The position numbers and the translations under genes are program-made. The notes beneath the pieces were generated by a model. That model made no database searches and was not told the DNA's origin. It saw only the letters and a program-made list of their open reading frames with translations. 64,000 bases of DNA. Origin: an uncultured virus (IMG/VR IMGVR_UViG_3300043427_002950). Lineage: Duplodnaviria > Heunggongvirae > Uroviricota > Caudoviricetes. Where the stretch lies: the IMG/VR virus record IMGVR_UViG_3300043427_002950, positions 62,001 to 126,000 of that record. One strand, given 5' to 3'. Below, one piece after another: positions 9,283 to 19,900 of the stretch. Positions within the stretch are counted from its first letter, which is position 1; each line of letters begins with the position of its first letter.

Positions 9283-10809
9283 ATGCCAGGTCCAGATGCT
9301 CAAGGTGGAATTCATTATATACTTGACACAACAAAGTTTCCAGTTATAGGTGAAGTAAGTTTTGCTTGTTCAACTAGGGAATATTTGTGGCAGGTTCCTG
9401 CTGGAATTACAAGTATAACTGCAGTTTGTATTGGTGGAGGTGGAGGTGGCCGTGCAGGAAACAATCAAACTCCTGGTGTTGGGGGTGGAGGAGGTGGACT
9501 TCGTTGGATTAATAGTATGCCAGTAGTTCCTGGGGAAATTCTAAGAGTAAAGGCTGGAGTTGGTGGAACTGGCAATCACACCTTAGTTGTTGATCAACTT
9601 GGATGGGATGCTTCATGGGGTCGTCCTGGGCAAACTAGTTATATTGCTTCAGATAATAATGCAAGTGTTCCTGGTAGAACTGGTATAGGAGGAACAATAA
9701 TTGTTTTTGCTCAAGGTGGGGGGCAAGATTTTTATGTTACAGATTCAATAAGAATTGATTCTAGGAATGGAACGACTCAATTTAATGAATCCGCTTTGCC
9801 TAAGCAAGATGCCAGAGCAATTACATCTGGAAATCAAGGTGGAACTGGATCCGCAGTTGGAACATTTGCATGGGGAACTATTGGAGGTGGTAATGGTGGT
9901 AATGGTGGTGTTCAGGGTGGAGTTGGTGGTGGACAAGATGGCGGTGGTGGAGGTGCTGGAGGATGGTTTGGTAATGGAGGAAATGGTGGAACTGCTGGCA
10001 CTCAAGAATCTCAAGATGGTCAAGGCGGAGGTGGTGGTGGAGGAATGTGGGGTGGTGGTGGAGGAGCAGACTCTGGAGGAGGTGGAGGTGGTGTAGGAGT
10101 ATTTTGGGGAGTGGGTCCAAATGGAAAAAAAGCATATTATTTCTTTAATGGATCTGTTATAGATGGTGGAGTTTTAACGTTATCTTCTGGAAATACTGGA
10201 GGAGGTGGACAGGGAGGTTCTTTTGGTGCTGATGGTAGAGCAACAGGAACGGAAGTTATATTAGATACTGATTATTTCGTTTCGGGTGCATTTTTTGGAG
10301 ATCCTCTTATTAATGAAAATTATAAAAATCTTTCAAATGGAAATGGTTTAAGGGGATTTAATGGAAGTGTTGATAATGAGTTTTCAGTTCCAGAGGTAAG
10401 ACCTAATGGTGGATTGTATGGTGGCGGAGGAGGTGCTGCTCAGACAAGTGGACAAGCTGGAACTGAAACTCCTTTTGCTGGTAACGGTGGATGTGGGCAT
10501 GTAAGAATTCTTTTTGTTGCAAGAAATCAATTTATAGTTAGGGAGTATGGGGGTCAAAGATTATCGACTCAACAAAAAACTATAAATGGGCAGACTGTAA
10601 CAGTTAATTATTATGATTTTAATCCAAATGCATCGATAACTGAAAATAGAAACAATGGATGGCCAGTTTGGACAAACTCCGCTAGAACTGCTCCTGGACA
10701 ATATTATAATCTTTTAGTTAATTGGGCAGATACTTTTGGACTTATTCCTCCAAATACACTACCACATTTACCAGCGGCAGTTGGAATAAATACGAGACAA
10801 TATCCATAA
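9283..10809 (+). CDS. Glycine-rich tail protein, putative receptor-binding adhesin
   Basis: WQVPAGITSITAVCIGGGGGG start and many polyGly tracts ending in GNGGCGHVRI, the phage glycine-rich domain pattern. Confidence 0.7.
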   Translation: MPGPDAQGGIHYILDTTKFPVIGEVSFACSTREYLWQVPAGITSITAVCIGGGGGGRAGNNQTPGVGGGGGGLRWINSMPVVPGEILRVKAGVGGTGNHTLVVDQLGWDASWGRPGQTSYIASDNNASVPGRTGIGGTIIVFAQGGGQDFYVTDSIRIDSRNGTTQFNESALPKQDARAITSGNQGGTGSAVGTFAWGTIGGGNGGNGGVQGGVGGGQDGGGGGAGGWFGNGGNGGTAGTQESQDGQGGGGGGGMWGGGGGADSGGGGGGVGVFWGVGPNGKKAYYFFNGSVIDGGVLTLSSGNTGGGGQGGSFGADGRATGTEVILDTDYFVSGAFFGDPLINENYKNLSNGNGLRGFNGSVDNEFSVPEVRPNGGLYGGGGGAAQTSGQAGTETPFAGNGGCGHVRILFVARNQFIVREYGGQRLSTQQKTINGQTVTVNYYDFNPNASITENRNNGWPVWTNSARTAPGQYYNLLVNWADTFGLIPPNTLPHLPAAVGINTRQYP

Positions 10810-10815
10810 TTAAAT

Positions 10816-10823
10816 TATAAATA
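10816..10823 (+). promoter_or_regulatory. T4-like late promoter TATAAATA
   Basis: Exact T4 late consensus in the intergenic gap before 10843. Confidence 0.8.
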
Positions 10824-10842
10824 GTTCTAAAATCTCAGAACA

Positions 10843-11184
10843 ATGTCAGTTGCTGTTGTAAATATAAGTTTGGAAAAAGGCACTGATTTTAGTGCTACAT
10901 TTAATGTGTCTGGACCAGATAATGGTCCTGTTTCTTTAGTTAATTATGACGCAGTTTCCAAAATTAGAAAGCATCCAACAGCAATAAGATCAAAATCATT
11001 TACCACGGAAGTAATTGGAAATGTAAATTCTCCATCAGTAAAAATCTCGATGGGGAGAACTGATACCGCTGATTTATCTTCTGGTAGAAATTATTTTGAT
11101 GTTTTTCTTGTCGATCAAAATACTGGTTATACTGTTAAGGTCGTTGAAGGATCAATCATAGTAAACGATAGTACATCACTATGA
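10843..11184 (+). CDS. Virion structural protein (BppU N-terminal-like beta domain)
   Basis: NISLEKGTDFSATF...KIRKH...TADLSSGRNYFDV...KVVEGSIIV pattern; late promoter upstream. Confidence 0.6.
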   Translation: MSVAVVNISLEKGTDFSATFNVSGPDNGPVSLVNYDAVSKIRKHPTAIRSKSFTTEVIGNVNSPSVKISMGRTDTADLSSGRNYFDVFLVDQNTGYTVKVVEGSIIVNDSTSL

Positions 11185-11522
11185 CAGATTTTAAAGTAAC
11201 AAAAACAAATTCTCAAAGTTTTAACATCAAAATAGGACCAGAACAAAAATTTAAAGTTAATGTTCAAACGGGGGGTGTAGGAGTGCCAGCAAGATTTTCA
11301 GATTTAGTAGATTTTGATGGTGAAGATACAAATGATCAATATGTTTTAATGTATAATGCTGCAACTGGAAAATGGAAAGCTGTTAATCCAGATAAAGTGT
11401 TCACTGCTGCAGCAGAAACAGAAACAATACAACCTGGATTTGTTGGTTATGCAACTTCCTTCCTCGATCGTATGGATCAAGATCTCGACGATAGAATTGA
11501 TACCGATGCTGGAGGATTTTAA
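11181..11522 (+). CDS. Hypothetical tail-fibre-associated protein
   Basis: FSDLVDFD...YVLMYNAATGKW fibre-like motif; ends DAGGF; ATGA overlap with upstream gene. Confidence 0.6.
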   Translation: MTDFKVTKTNSQSFNIKIGPEQKFKVNVQTGGVGVPARFSDLVDFDGEDTNDQYVLMYNAATGKWKAVNPDKVFTAAAETETIQPGFVGYATSFLDRMDQDLDDRIDTDAGGF

Positions 11523-11524
11523 TT

Positions 11525-12316
11525 ATGCCACTGCCAGTAATTCAATTTAAAAGAGGTGCTTATTCAGATCTTCCTGGATTGGCATTAGGAGAACCTGGAG
11601 TAACTACAGATACTAGAGACTTTTATATTGGATTTGATGGAACTCTGTTTGGAAATAGGTTTTTTGGTTCCGATAGATACTGGAGAAGGGAATCTTCTGG
11701 ATCTGGTGGTGGAATAAACTTATATGAAAATACTGATAACGGAGCAAACTTTATTGGGTTAAGAGCACCCTCTAATGTCCCGTCTACTTTTAGATATTAT
11801 TTACCACCAGCTCCTATTAATGATTATATTCTTTCCACTGATGGAGATGGAAATTTATTTTGGACAAATAGAATTATTGATCCAGTTTTATCTGGAGAAA
11901 TTGAAGTAGACGGAGATATTTCTGTAGGTGGAACATCTTCAAAGTTTAATACAGAAATTTTTGACACTCAAGCAAGAATTTTTAATGTAGGATTGGGAAC
12001 TATTTCCCCATCAAATACCACATGGGATTTGGGCGTATTATTTAATTATTATAAATCAAATACTAGATATAGATCTGGAATTTTTTGGGATGATAGTACT
12101 GGTAGAATTGGAATAGCATCAAATGTTTCCATTATAGCAAATGAATTTGGTGCTGCAACAACAGATCCAATCATAGATACATCATCAGTTGTTTATGCAC
12201 CAATGGTAATAAGTGGTTTATGGCTCAGTGATTGTTCTGGAGAATCTCAAGTTATTTCTTGTTCAAATTCAGAAAGAAATTTGGAAAATATTTCTATAGA
12301 CGGTGGATTTTATTGA
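11525..12316 (+). CDS. Tail fibre-like protein
   Basis: IQFKRG...LALGEPG...FYIG N-terminal module; GLRAP...YYLP...ILSTDGDGNLFW module; ends IDGGFY. Confidence 0.65.
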   Translation: MPLPVIQFKRGAYSDLPGLALGEPGVTTDTRDFYIGFDGTLFGNRFFGSDRYWRRESSGSGGGINLYENTDNGANFIGLRAPSNVPSTFRYYLPPAPINDYILSTDGDGNLFWTNRIIDPVLSGEIEVDGDISVGGTSSKFNTEIFDTQARIFNVGLGTISPSNTTWDLGVLFNYYKSNTRYRSGIFWDDSTGRIGIASNVSIIANEFGAATTDPIIDTSSVVYAPMVISGLWLSDCSGESQVISCSNSERNLENISIDGGFY

Positions 12317-12317
12317 C

Positions 12318-12325
12318 TATAAATA
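12318..12325 (+). promoter_or_regulatory. T4-like late promoter TATAAATA
   Basis: Exact consensus, intergenic. Confidence 0.75.
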
Positions 12326-12346
12326 GGTCAGAGTTTATATAATATC

Positions 12347-12523
12347 ATGACAGAAGAAGATTATAAGTCATTACTTTCTGTATATCAGCAAAGATCATTT
12401 GATCTTTTCAATGCAAACGTTCTGCTTGAAACGCAGATTGCACAATTAAAAAAACAGGTTGAAGATCTTCAAAGATCCATACAGTCAACTGCGTCTGTAG
12501 ATAATGGATCTGATGATTTCTGA
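12347..12523 (+). CDS. Small coiled-coil protein (58 aa), possible fibre chaperone; not in the ORF track
   Basis: Translated by eye: MTEEDYKSLLSVYQQRSFDLFNANVLLETQIAQLKKQVEDLQ...; follows a late promoter. Confidence 0.65.
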   Translation: MTEEDYKSLLSVYQQRSFDLFNANVLLETQIAQLKKQVEDLQRSIQSTASVDNGSDDF

Positions 12524-12575
12524 TAAATAATAAAAAAACTCCCTATCGATAGGGACTTAGGGAACCTTATCTTCA

Positions 12576-15500
12576 ATGACAAGACCAATAATTCGTATTA
12601 AACGATCAACAACACCAGGGAGTAAGCCAAGTTTAGGACAACTCCAATTAGGTGAATTGGCTTTAAATACTAATGATATTGAGTTATATGCTCGTAGAGA
12701 AAGAGTAGGATTTGTTCCCGATATAGTTAGAATTGGTGCTGGTGCAACAGTAACCAATATTTTATACGTAACAAAGGACGGAAACGATAATAATACTGGA
12801 AAAAAACTTGGAGATGCAAAGGCAACGATTAAATCTGCAGTAGATGCATCAGAAACTGGAACGGTTATAAAAGTAAGTGCTGGTATTTATTTGGAAGACA
12901 ATCCAATAGCACTGCCAAGTCAGGTTAGTGTAGTTGGAGACAGTTTAAGAGAAGTTACAGTATCACCTTTAAATCCAGATAAGGATTTATTTTATGTTGC
13001 AAATGGAAATTATGTTGCGGAGATGTCATATACTGGATCTTTAAATCCAGGAAAAGCAATTTTTACGTTTAACCCAGAAAAGGTAGGTTATTTTAATCAA
13101 TCTCCATACATTCAAAACTGCACAAATTTTATTCCGAATAGTATAGGAATGAAGGTCGATGGTACTTATGCCATAGGACCTTTAAAATCAATGGTTCTTG
13201 ACTCATATACTCAATATAATCAAGGTGGTATAGGAGTTTCTATTACAAATGAAGGGTATGCTCAGCTAGTTTCTTTATTTACAATTTGTGACGACATAGC
13301 AGTTTTTTGTGGGTCGGGTGGTGCTTGCGATCTAACAAACTCAAACTCTTCTTTTGGAAATTATGCTTTAGTTGCAGATGGTGTTGGTCCAAAAAAATAC
13401 ACTGGAACAATAGTTGAGGGAGGTACAAGTACAGATCAATTTGTAATTGATTTAACTGTACCAACTTTAAATATCACGAATGCAATATATGATCATACAA
13501 CTGGAATTTTAACTGCATATACGGACCAAGAACACAATTTTAAAGTAGGTGTTGGAGTTTCAATTGTGGGACTTGCATTTACTTGCAGTTCTGATGGAGG
13601 GATCACACAACTTGAATATCCTACGGGCAATTATGGGTACATATTTGAACCGTTTATTGTTGCTCCTGGAAGATATTATGATGCATATAATTCTATTCAA
13701 GCAAATAAGAAAGAAATTCAAGATAAGGCACTAGCATCTATTGCATTAAATTATCCAGATTTTTACTTACCTGGAGATGAGCAAACAACTGATAGATCTA
13801 GATATTATGATTCATATCGTCTTATTAAGCAAAATCAAAGAGAAATTGCTGACAAAGCAGCATCAAAACTTGCAGTAGGATTTCCATCAGACTTCTATTT
13901 TCCAGATGAACCAGAAACTAATGAGAGATCAAGATTTTATGATGGATCTGGTTTAATTCAAAAGAATAGACAAGAAATTATTGATAAGTCACTTGCTGCT
14001 GTAGCAATTGCTCATTCAGATTTTTATTTTCCAGGCGATAATCAAACAAATGCAAGATCAAGATATGCAGATTCATATCGTTTAATTCAAAATAATAAAG
14101 ACGTAATAGTTTCTATTGCTTTTACTTCCGCAGTCAATAATCCAGGATTTGCTGGGACTGACTTTGCTGCTGTAATGGATAAATGTAAGAGAGATACTGG
14201 TTTATTCATTGATGCAGTTTCGACAGATATATTCACAGGTGGTAATAGTTATTCTATAGCATTTGCAAAATTTTATTTTGATGCTGATGGAAATCCTACA
14301 AATAATGGATTACTTGGAGAAGAATCAGAATCCATTTATGTTTTTGAACAAGCAAAGCAGTTGATGAAAGATGCTATTACCAACACTCTTGTCGGTGCTG
14401 CTTATAGTGATTTAACAATAACTGTAGACCCACTAACTGGATCAAACACAAATCCAAACTCATGTGCAAACGTTCGTTCCAATATTGATAACTTAGTTGG
14501 AATCATAACTTCGGTAATTGATAATGGAAATTTACTGTCACTTCCACCACAAAATTTTGGGTATTATGTTCAAGATAGTACTAATGTATTACCTCATACT
14601 TTAGCAGGAATAGGAACAACCAGTTCTCCTGGAGGATTAAAATGTGCGAGAGATCTTGGATATTTTATAGATGCAATTGCAACAGATTTATTTACAGGTG
14701 GAAATAAGTATTCAAGAGATTTTACATTACAGTATTTTGATGCTCAAACTGGTCAACCAATTTCCAATGGATTGATTAATGAAGAATCTCAATCAATAAC
14801 TGCATTTAATGCCGCAAGAGATCTATTTAAAAGAGCAGTTACAAATCAATTAAATATCAAAACTATTGGAATATCTTCTGGAACTGCAGAATATCTTGGA
14901 GCAGGTAATGATATTCCAGTTTTTCCATCAGGAAATGCAAATTCTTGTATTGATGTTCAAAATAATATAGACACATTAGTTGCAATATCCACTAATGTAA
15001 TTGGAGTTGGAACAACCGCATTCTTATCAACATTCAATGAGAACCTGGGAATTTCTACAACCAATAAGTGCATAAGGGATACGAGATATTTTGTCGATGC
15101 AATCGCAACTGATTTATTTGTTGGCGGAAATTATTATGCTTCTGAGTTTACAAAGCAATATTTTAATAATGTTGGTTCTGCAACAACGGCATTGCTCGGG
15201 GAAGAATCAGAATCTGTTTATGTATTCATGCAGGCATCTGAATTTTCAAAGAAAGCAATTACTAATCAATTAAATATACAAGATCTTACTCTCACTACAG
15301 ATTCAAATCCAGGAATAGGAACTACTTCTAATAAAAATCCAACATCTTGTACAAATGTTAGAAATACAATTGATACTCTTACTGGAATTGTTACTTCTGT
15401 AATTGTTTCCTCAGATCTTACTGAACTGCCACCAATAAATGAAGGAATATATTCCTTAGGATTATCAAAGTGTCGTAGAGATATTGGTTATTTAATTGAT

Positions 15501-16616
15501 TATGTATCTCTTGATGTAAGAGATTATACTAATGAGAACACAATTGACGCAACTAAATTTTATTTTAATTTGGATGGATCTCTCGATAACAGCATTGAGA
15601 ATGAAATACCACAAACAATCACTTCTTTTGAATCTGCAAGAGATTACATGAAACTTGCAATTAATAATCAGTTGAATAAGAAGAATTTTGATTTAATTGA
15701 AGATCCAACTACTCAGAGTAATAATAGTGAAAACTCTTGCTCTAATGTTAAATCTTATATTGATAATTTAGTTGGAATAGTTACAACTGCAATTTTTAAT
15801 GCAGATTTGAATATATCTCCTCTTCCATCAGTATCTGCAGCAAGTACTGTGTTTTCAGCATATGTTGGCACTGCTCCATTTGAACACTATTATGTTTCTG
15901 GTGGAACTGCAAAGATTGATGTCATAAGACCTTTCAACGGACAAGTAGTTTATTTTGAGGATCTTTATTATACTGTAAAAAATGTAATTATTTTAAATTC
16001 AGGAAGTGGATATTCGGAACCTCCAACATTATCTTTTGAATCTCCAGAGGTTGAATGGGGAATTCCAGCTCAAGCGGTTGCTGAAATACGAAGTGGATCA
16101 ATAACAAATATTGAACTCGTATCCAGTGGAAGAGGATATAAGATTCCTCCAAAAATTACAATTACTGGACCTCAAAGTGGAATAAATACAGCTACAGCAA
16201 TAGTAGAACTTACTCCAACTTATTATGTAATTACTGAAGCAACAGAAGTTTCTTCAGGAATTACAACAATAACTGTAGGAGAAAATGTTCCTTATTTTGT
16301 TGGTGTTGGAACAGAAGTTCCATTTTATAAACAAAGTAGAGTATTGGCATCTGGACATTCACTTGAATATATTGGTACGGGAATTGATATAGATAAATGT
16401 TTGCCTAGATTGGGAGGAGTTCCTATTCCAGAAAATGAAACTGATGCTCGTAATGGTGGATTAGTTGTTTACACAAGCACAGATCAAGCAGGAAACTTTA
16501 AAATTGGTGACGGTGTAATTATTAATCAAACTACAGGATCTATTACTGGTGATTTTTATTCCAAGAGTTTGTTTGCAACTATGACACCATTTATCCTAGC
16601 ATTAGGAGGAGATTAA
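12576..16616 (+). CDS. Virion structural/tail scaffold protein B (1346 aa)
   Basis: Shares core blocks with 1680..6185 (DAKATIKSA, CTNF..NSIGMKVDG, DSYTQYNQGGIGVSITN, QAGNF.IG, TPFILALG). Has four helical repeat units. ATAAATA at 12523. Confidence 0.75.
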   Translation: MTRPIIRIKRSTTPGSKPSLGQLQLGELALNTNDIELYARRERVGFVPDIVRIGAGATVTNILYVTKDGNDNNTGKKLGDAKATIKSAVDASETGTVIKVSAGIYLEDNPIALPSQVSVVGDSLREVTVSPLNPDKDLFYVANGNYVAEMSYTGSLNPGKAIFTFNPEKVGYFNQSPYIQNCTNFIPNSIGMKVDGTYAIGPLKSMVLDSYTQYNQGGIGVSITNEGYAQLVSLFTICDDIAVFCGSGGACDLTNSNSSFGNYALVADGVGPKKYTGTIVEGGTSTDQFVIDLTVPTLNITNAIYDHTTGILTAYTDQEHNFKVGVGVSIVGLAFTCSSDGGITQLEYPTGNYGYIFEPFIVAPGRYYDAYNSIQANKKEIQDKALASIALNYPDFYLPGDEQTTDRSRYYDSYRLIKQNQREIADKAASKLAVGFPSDFYFPDEPETNERSRFYDGSGLIQKNRQEIIDKSLAAVAIAHSDFYFPGDNQTNARSRYADSYRLIQNNKDVIVSIAFTSAVNNPGFAGTDFAAVMDKCKRDTGLFIDAVSTDIFTGGNSYSIAFAKFYFDADGNPTNNGLLGEESESIYVFEQAKQLMKDAITNTLVGAAYSDLTITVDPLTGSNTNPNSCANVRSNIDNLVGIITSVIDNGNLLSLPPQNFGYYVQDSTNVLPHTLAGIGTTSSPGGLKCARDLGYFIDAIATDLFTGGNKYSRDFTLQYFDAQTGQPISNGLINEESQSITAFNAARDLFKRAVTNQLNIKTIGISSGTAEYLGAGNDIPVFPSGNANSCIDVQNNIDTLVAISTNVIGVGTTAFLSTFNENLGISTTNKCIRDTRYFVDAIATDLFVGGNYYASEFTKQYFNNVGSATTALLGEESESVYVFMQASEFSKKAITNQLNIQDLTLTTDSNPGIGTTSNKNPTSCTNVRNTIDTLTGIVTSVIVSSDLTELPPINEGIYSLGLSKCRRDIGYLIDYVSLDVRDYTNENTIDATKFYFNLDGSLDNSIENEIPQTITSFESARDYMKLAINNQLNKKNFDLIEDPTTQSNNSENSCSNVKSYIDNLVGIVTTAIFNADLNISPLPSVSAASTVFSAYVGTAPFEHYYVSGGTAKIDVIRPFNGQVVYFEDLYYTVKNVIILNSGSGYSEPPTLSFESPEVEWGIPAQAVAEIRSGSITNIELVSSGRGYKIPPKITITGPQSGINTATAIVELTPTYYVITEATEVSSGITTITVGENVPYFVGVGTEVPFYKQSRVLASGHSLEYIGTGIDIDKCLPRLGGVPIPENETDARNGGLVVYTSTDQAGNFKIGDGVIINQTTGSITGDFYSKSLFATMTPFILALGGD

Positions 16617-16620
16617 AGAA

Positions 16621-16980
16621 ATGGCATTAGCACTTAATGTATTCCAAACTGTAACAAAAGTTTTACAGACAACACAACAAGAAGTTTACACAGCTCCAAT
16701 TGGATATACTGGGGTTTTTTTGTTAGCGCAGGTAACAAATGTTGGCAATGTTTCTGAAGATGTTACTGTTTTACATAGGAGAATAGTTTCTGGATCTCCA
16801 GTAGATACTGAATTGATGAAAAGTTATCCAGTTTCTGGGACAGACACTTTAAATCTTTTTGGTGGAAAATTAATTTTAGAAAGTGGAGATAGATTGGTAA
16901 TATCATCAAGTAATAATGCGGGAATAGTTTCTGGAACTAATTTAAAATTTGTAGGAAGTATATTAGAAACTCTTAACTAA
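16621..16980 (+). CDS. Small beta-rich virion adaptor protein B (119 aa)
   Basis: Paralog of 6188..6556 in the same relative gene position. Confidence 0.75.
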   Translation: MALALNVFQTVTKVLQTTQQEVYTAPIGYTGVFLLAQVTNVGNVSEDVTVLHRRIVSGSPVDTELMKSYPVSGTDTLNLFGGKLILESGDRLVISSSNNAGIVSGTNLKFVGSILETLN

Positions 16981-16982
16981 CA

Positions 16983-19900
16983 ATGGCAAAAAATTACCTA
17001 AGCAATCGTCAACGCAGAGTTAATATTGGTATTGTTTCATATACGGAAAATGAAACAGTACTGTCGATTGCTGCTGGTAAAGTTGGAGTAGGAACAAATA
17101 ATGCAATATTAGATTTACATGTAGAAGGAAAAGGATATTTTTCAGATGCAGTTGCAATAGGAACAGAAACTCCTCAGGGAGCTGCTTTATGGGTCGATGG
17201 AGATGGATATTTTACGGGGGTAGTTACTGCAAGAACATTTTTTGCAGGTCCAACAGAAATTACTGGGGGGCAAATTGTTGATGAAGCTGCAATTCAAAAG
17301 TTAAGGACACAAACCTTATTTGTTGCTGGAATTACAACATTTTTAAATGGAACTGTAAGTATTGGAGTAGGAACTGGAGTAACAACTGGAACACCAAATC
17401 AGTTATTTCAAGTTTATAGTGGAGCATATATTAATGGTTCTGTAGGAATAGGAACAACTATTGTATATTCCGACTCCAAATTACATGTTGCTGGCAGTTT
17501 GAAATTAGACGGAACAGTATACGATAAAGATGGATTTGGTGGGAATTTAGATGACCTTCTTTATTCAAATGGCGATGGAACTGTTTCTTGGAAAACTGCT
17601 TTACAAGGTACTCAGGGTACTCAAGGTCTTCAAGGCGCATTAAGTAATTTTCAAGGAACTCAGGGTGTTCAAGGAGTTCAAGGTCTCCAAGGTAATCAGG
17701 GAGTTCAAGGTCTTCAAGGTCTTCAAGGACACCAGGGAACTCAAGGAGTTCAAGGATTGCAAGGAAATCAGGGAGTTCAAGGTCTTCAAGGTCTTCAAGG
17801 ACACCAGGGAACTCAAGGAGTTCAAGGAGTTCAAGGTCTCCAAGGTAATCAGGGAGTTCAAGGTCTTCAAGGTCTTCAAGGACACCAGGGAACTCAAGGA
17901 GTTCAAGGATTGCAAGGAGATCAAGGTGTTCAAGGTCTTCAGGGAAATCAAGGAGTCCAGGGAACACAAGGTCTTCAGGGTTTCCAAGGAAATCAGGGAG
18001 TTCAAGGTCTTCAAGGTCTTCAAGGACACCAGGGAACTCAAGGAGTTCAAGGATTGCAAGGAGATCAAGGTGTTCAAGGTCTTCAAGGTCTTCAAGGACA
18101 CCAGGGAACTCAAGGAGTTCAAGGATTGCAAGGAGATCAAGGTGTTCAAGGTCTTCAAGGTCTTCAAGGACACCAGGGAACTCAAGGAGTTCAAGGATTG
18201 CAAGGAGATCAAGGTGTTCAAGGTCTTCAGGGAAATCAAGGAGTCCAGGGAACACAAGGTCTTCAGGGTTTCCAAGGAAATCAGGGAGTTCAAGGAATAC
18301 AAGGTCTTCAGGGAAATCAAGGAGTTCAAGGTCTTCAAGGAAATCAGGGAGTCCAGGGAGTCCAGGGAGTCCAAGGTCTCCAGGGAAATCAAGGAGTTCA
18401 AGGTCTTCAAGGAAATCAGGGAGTCCAGGGAGTCCAGGGAGTCCAAGGTCTCCAAGGAAATCAGGGACTCCAAGGCAATCAGGGAGTCCAGGGAGTCCAA
18501 GGTCTTCAGGGAAATCAAGGAGTTCAAGGAACTCAGGGACTCCAAGGCAATCAGGGAGTCCAGGGAGTCCAAGGTCTTCAGGGAAATCAAGGAGTTCAAG
18601 GAACTCAGGGACTCCAAGGCAATCAGGGAGTCCAGGGAGTCCAAGGTCTTCAGGGAAATCAAGGAGTTCAAGGAACCCAAGGTCTTCAAGGCAATCAAGG
18701 AGTTCAAGGAACACAAGGTCTTCAAGGTAATCAAGGAGTCCAAGGAACCCAAGGTCTTCAAGGCAATCAAGGAGTTCAGGGCAATCAAGGAACCCAAGGT
18801 GTTCAGGGTTTACAAGGAAATCAAGGAGTTCAAGGAAATCAGGGACTCCAAGGTAATCAAGGAGTTCAAGGAACTCAGGGACTCCAAGGTAATCAAGGAG
18901 TTCAAGGAACTCAGGGACTCCAAGGTAATCAAGGAGTACAAGGAACACAAGGTCTTCAAGGTAATCAAGGAGTTCAAGGTCTTCAAGGTAATCAAGGAGT
19001 CCAGGGAACTCAGGGACTTCAAGGTAATCAAGGAGTTCAAGGAAATCAGGGAGTCCAAGGAATACAAGGTCTTCAAGGTTTCCAAGGTGTCCAAGGTGTT
19101 CAAGGTCTCCAAGGAAATCAGGGAGTCCAAGGAATACAAGGTCTTCAAGGTTTCCAAGGTGTCCAAGGTGTTCAAGGTCTCCAAGGAAATCAGGGAGTCC
19201 AAGGAATACAAGGTCTTCAAGGTTTCCAAGGTGTCCAAGGTGTTCAAGGTCTCCAAGGAAATCAAGGTGTTCAAGGTGTTCAAGGTCTCCAAGGTTTCCA
19301 AGGAACTCAAGGAACCCAAGGAGTTCAAGGTCTTCAAGGAAATCAGGGAGTTCAAGGAACACAAGGTCTTCAAGGTTTCCAAGGTGTTCAAGGAACACAA
19401 GGACTTCAGGGGAATCAGGGAGTTCAAGGAACACAAGGTCTTCAAGGTTTCCAAGGTGTTCAAGGAACACAAGGACTTCAGGGGAATCAGGGAGTTCAAG
19501 GAACACAAGGTCTTCAAGGTTTCCAAGGCGTTCAGGGTGTCCAAGGATTACAGGGAAATCAAGGAGTCCAAGGTCTCCAAGGAAATCAGGGAGTTCAAGG
19601 TGTTCAAGGAACTCAGGGTCTCCAAGGCAATCAAGGGGTTCAAGGAACACAGGGTCTTCAAGGTTTCCAAGGTGCTCAAGGAACTCAGGGTGTACAAGGT
19701 CTCCAGGGAAATCAGGGAGTTCAAGGAACTCAGGGATTACAAGGAAATCAGGGAGTTCAAGGTGTTCAGGGTCTCCAGGGAAATCAGGGAGTTCAAGGAG
19801 TTCAAGGTCTCCAAGGAAATCAAGGAGTTCAAGGTGTTCAAGGAACCCAAGGTCTCCAAGGCAATCAAGGAGTCCAAGGTGTCCAAGGTGTCCAAGGATT

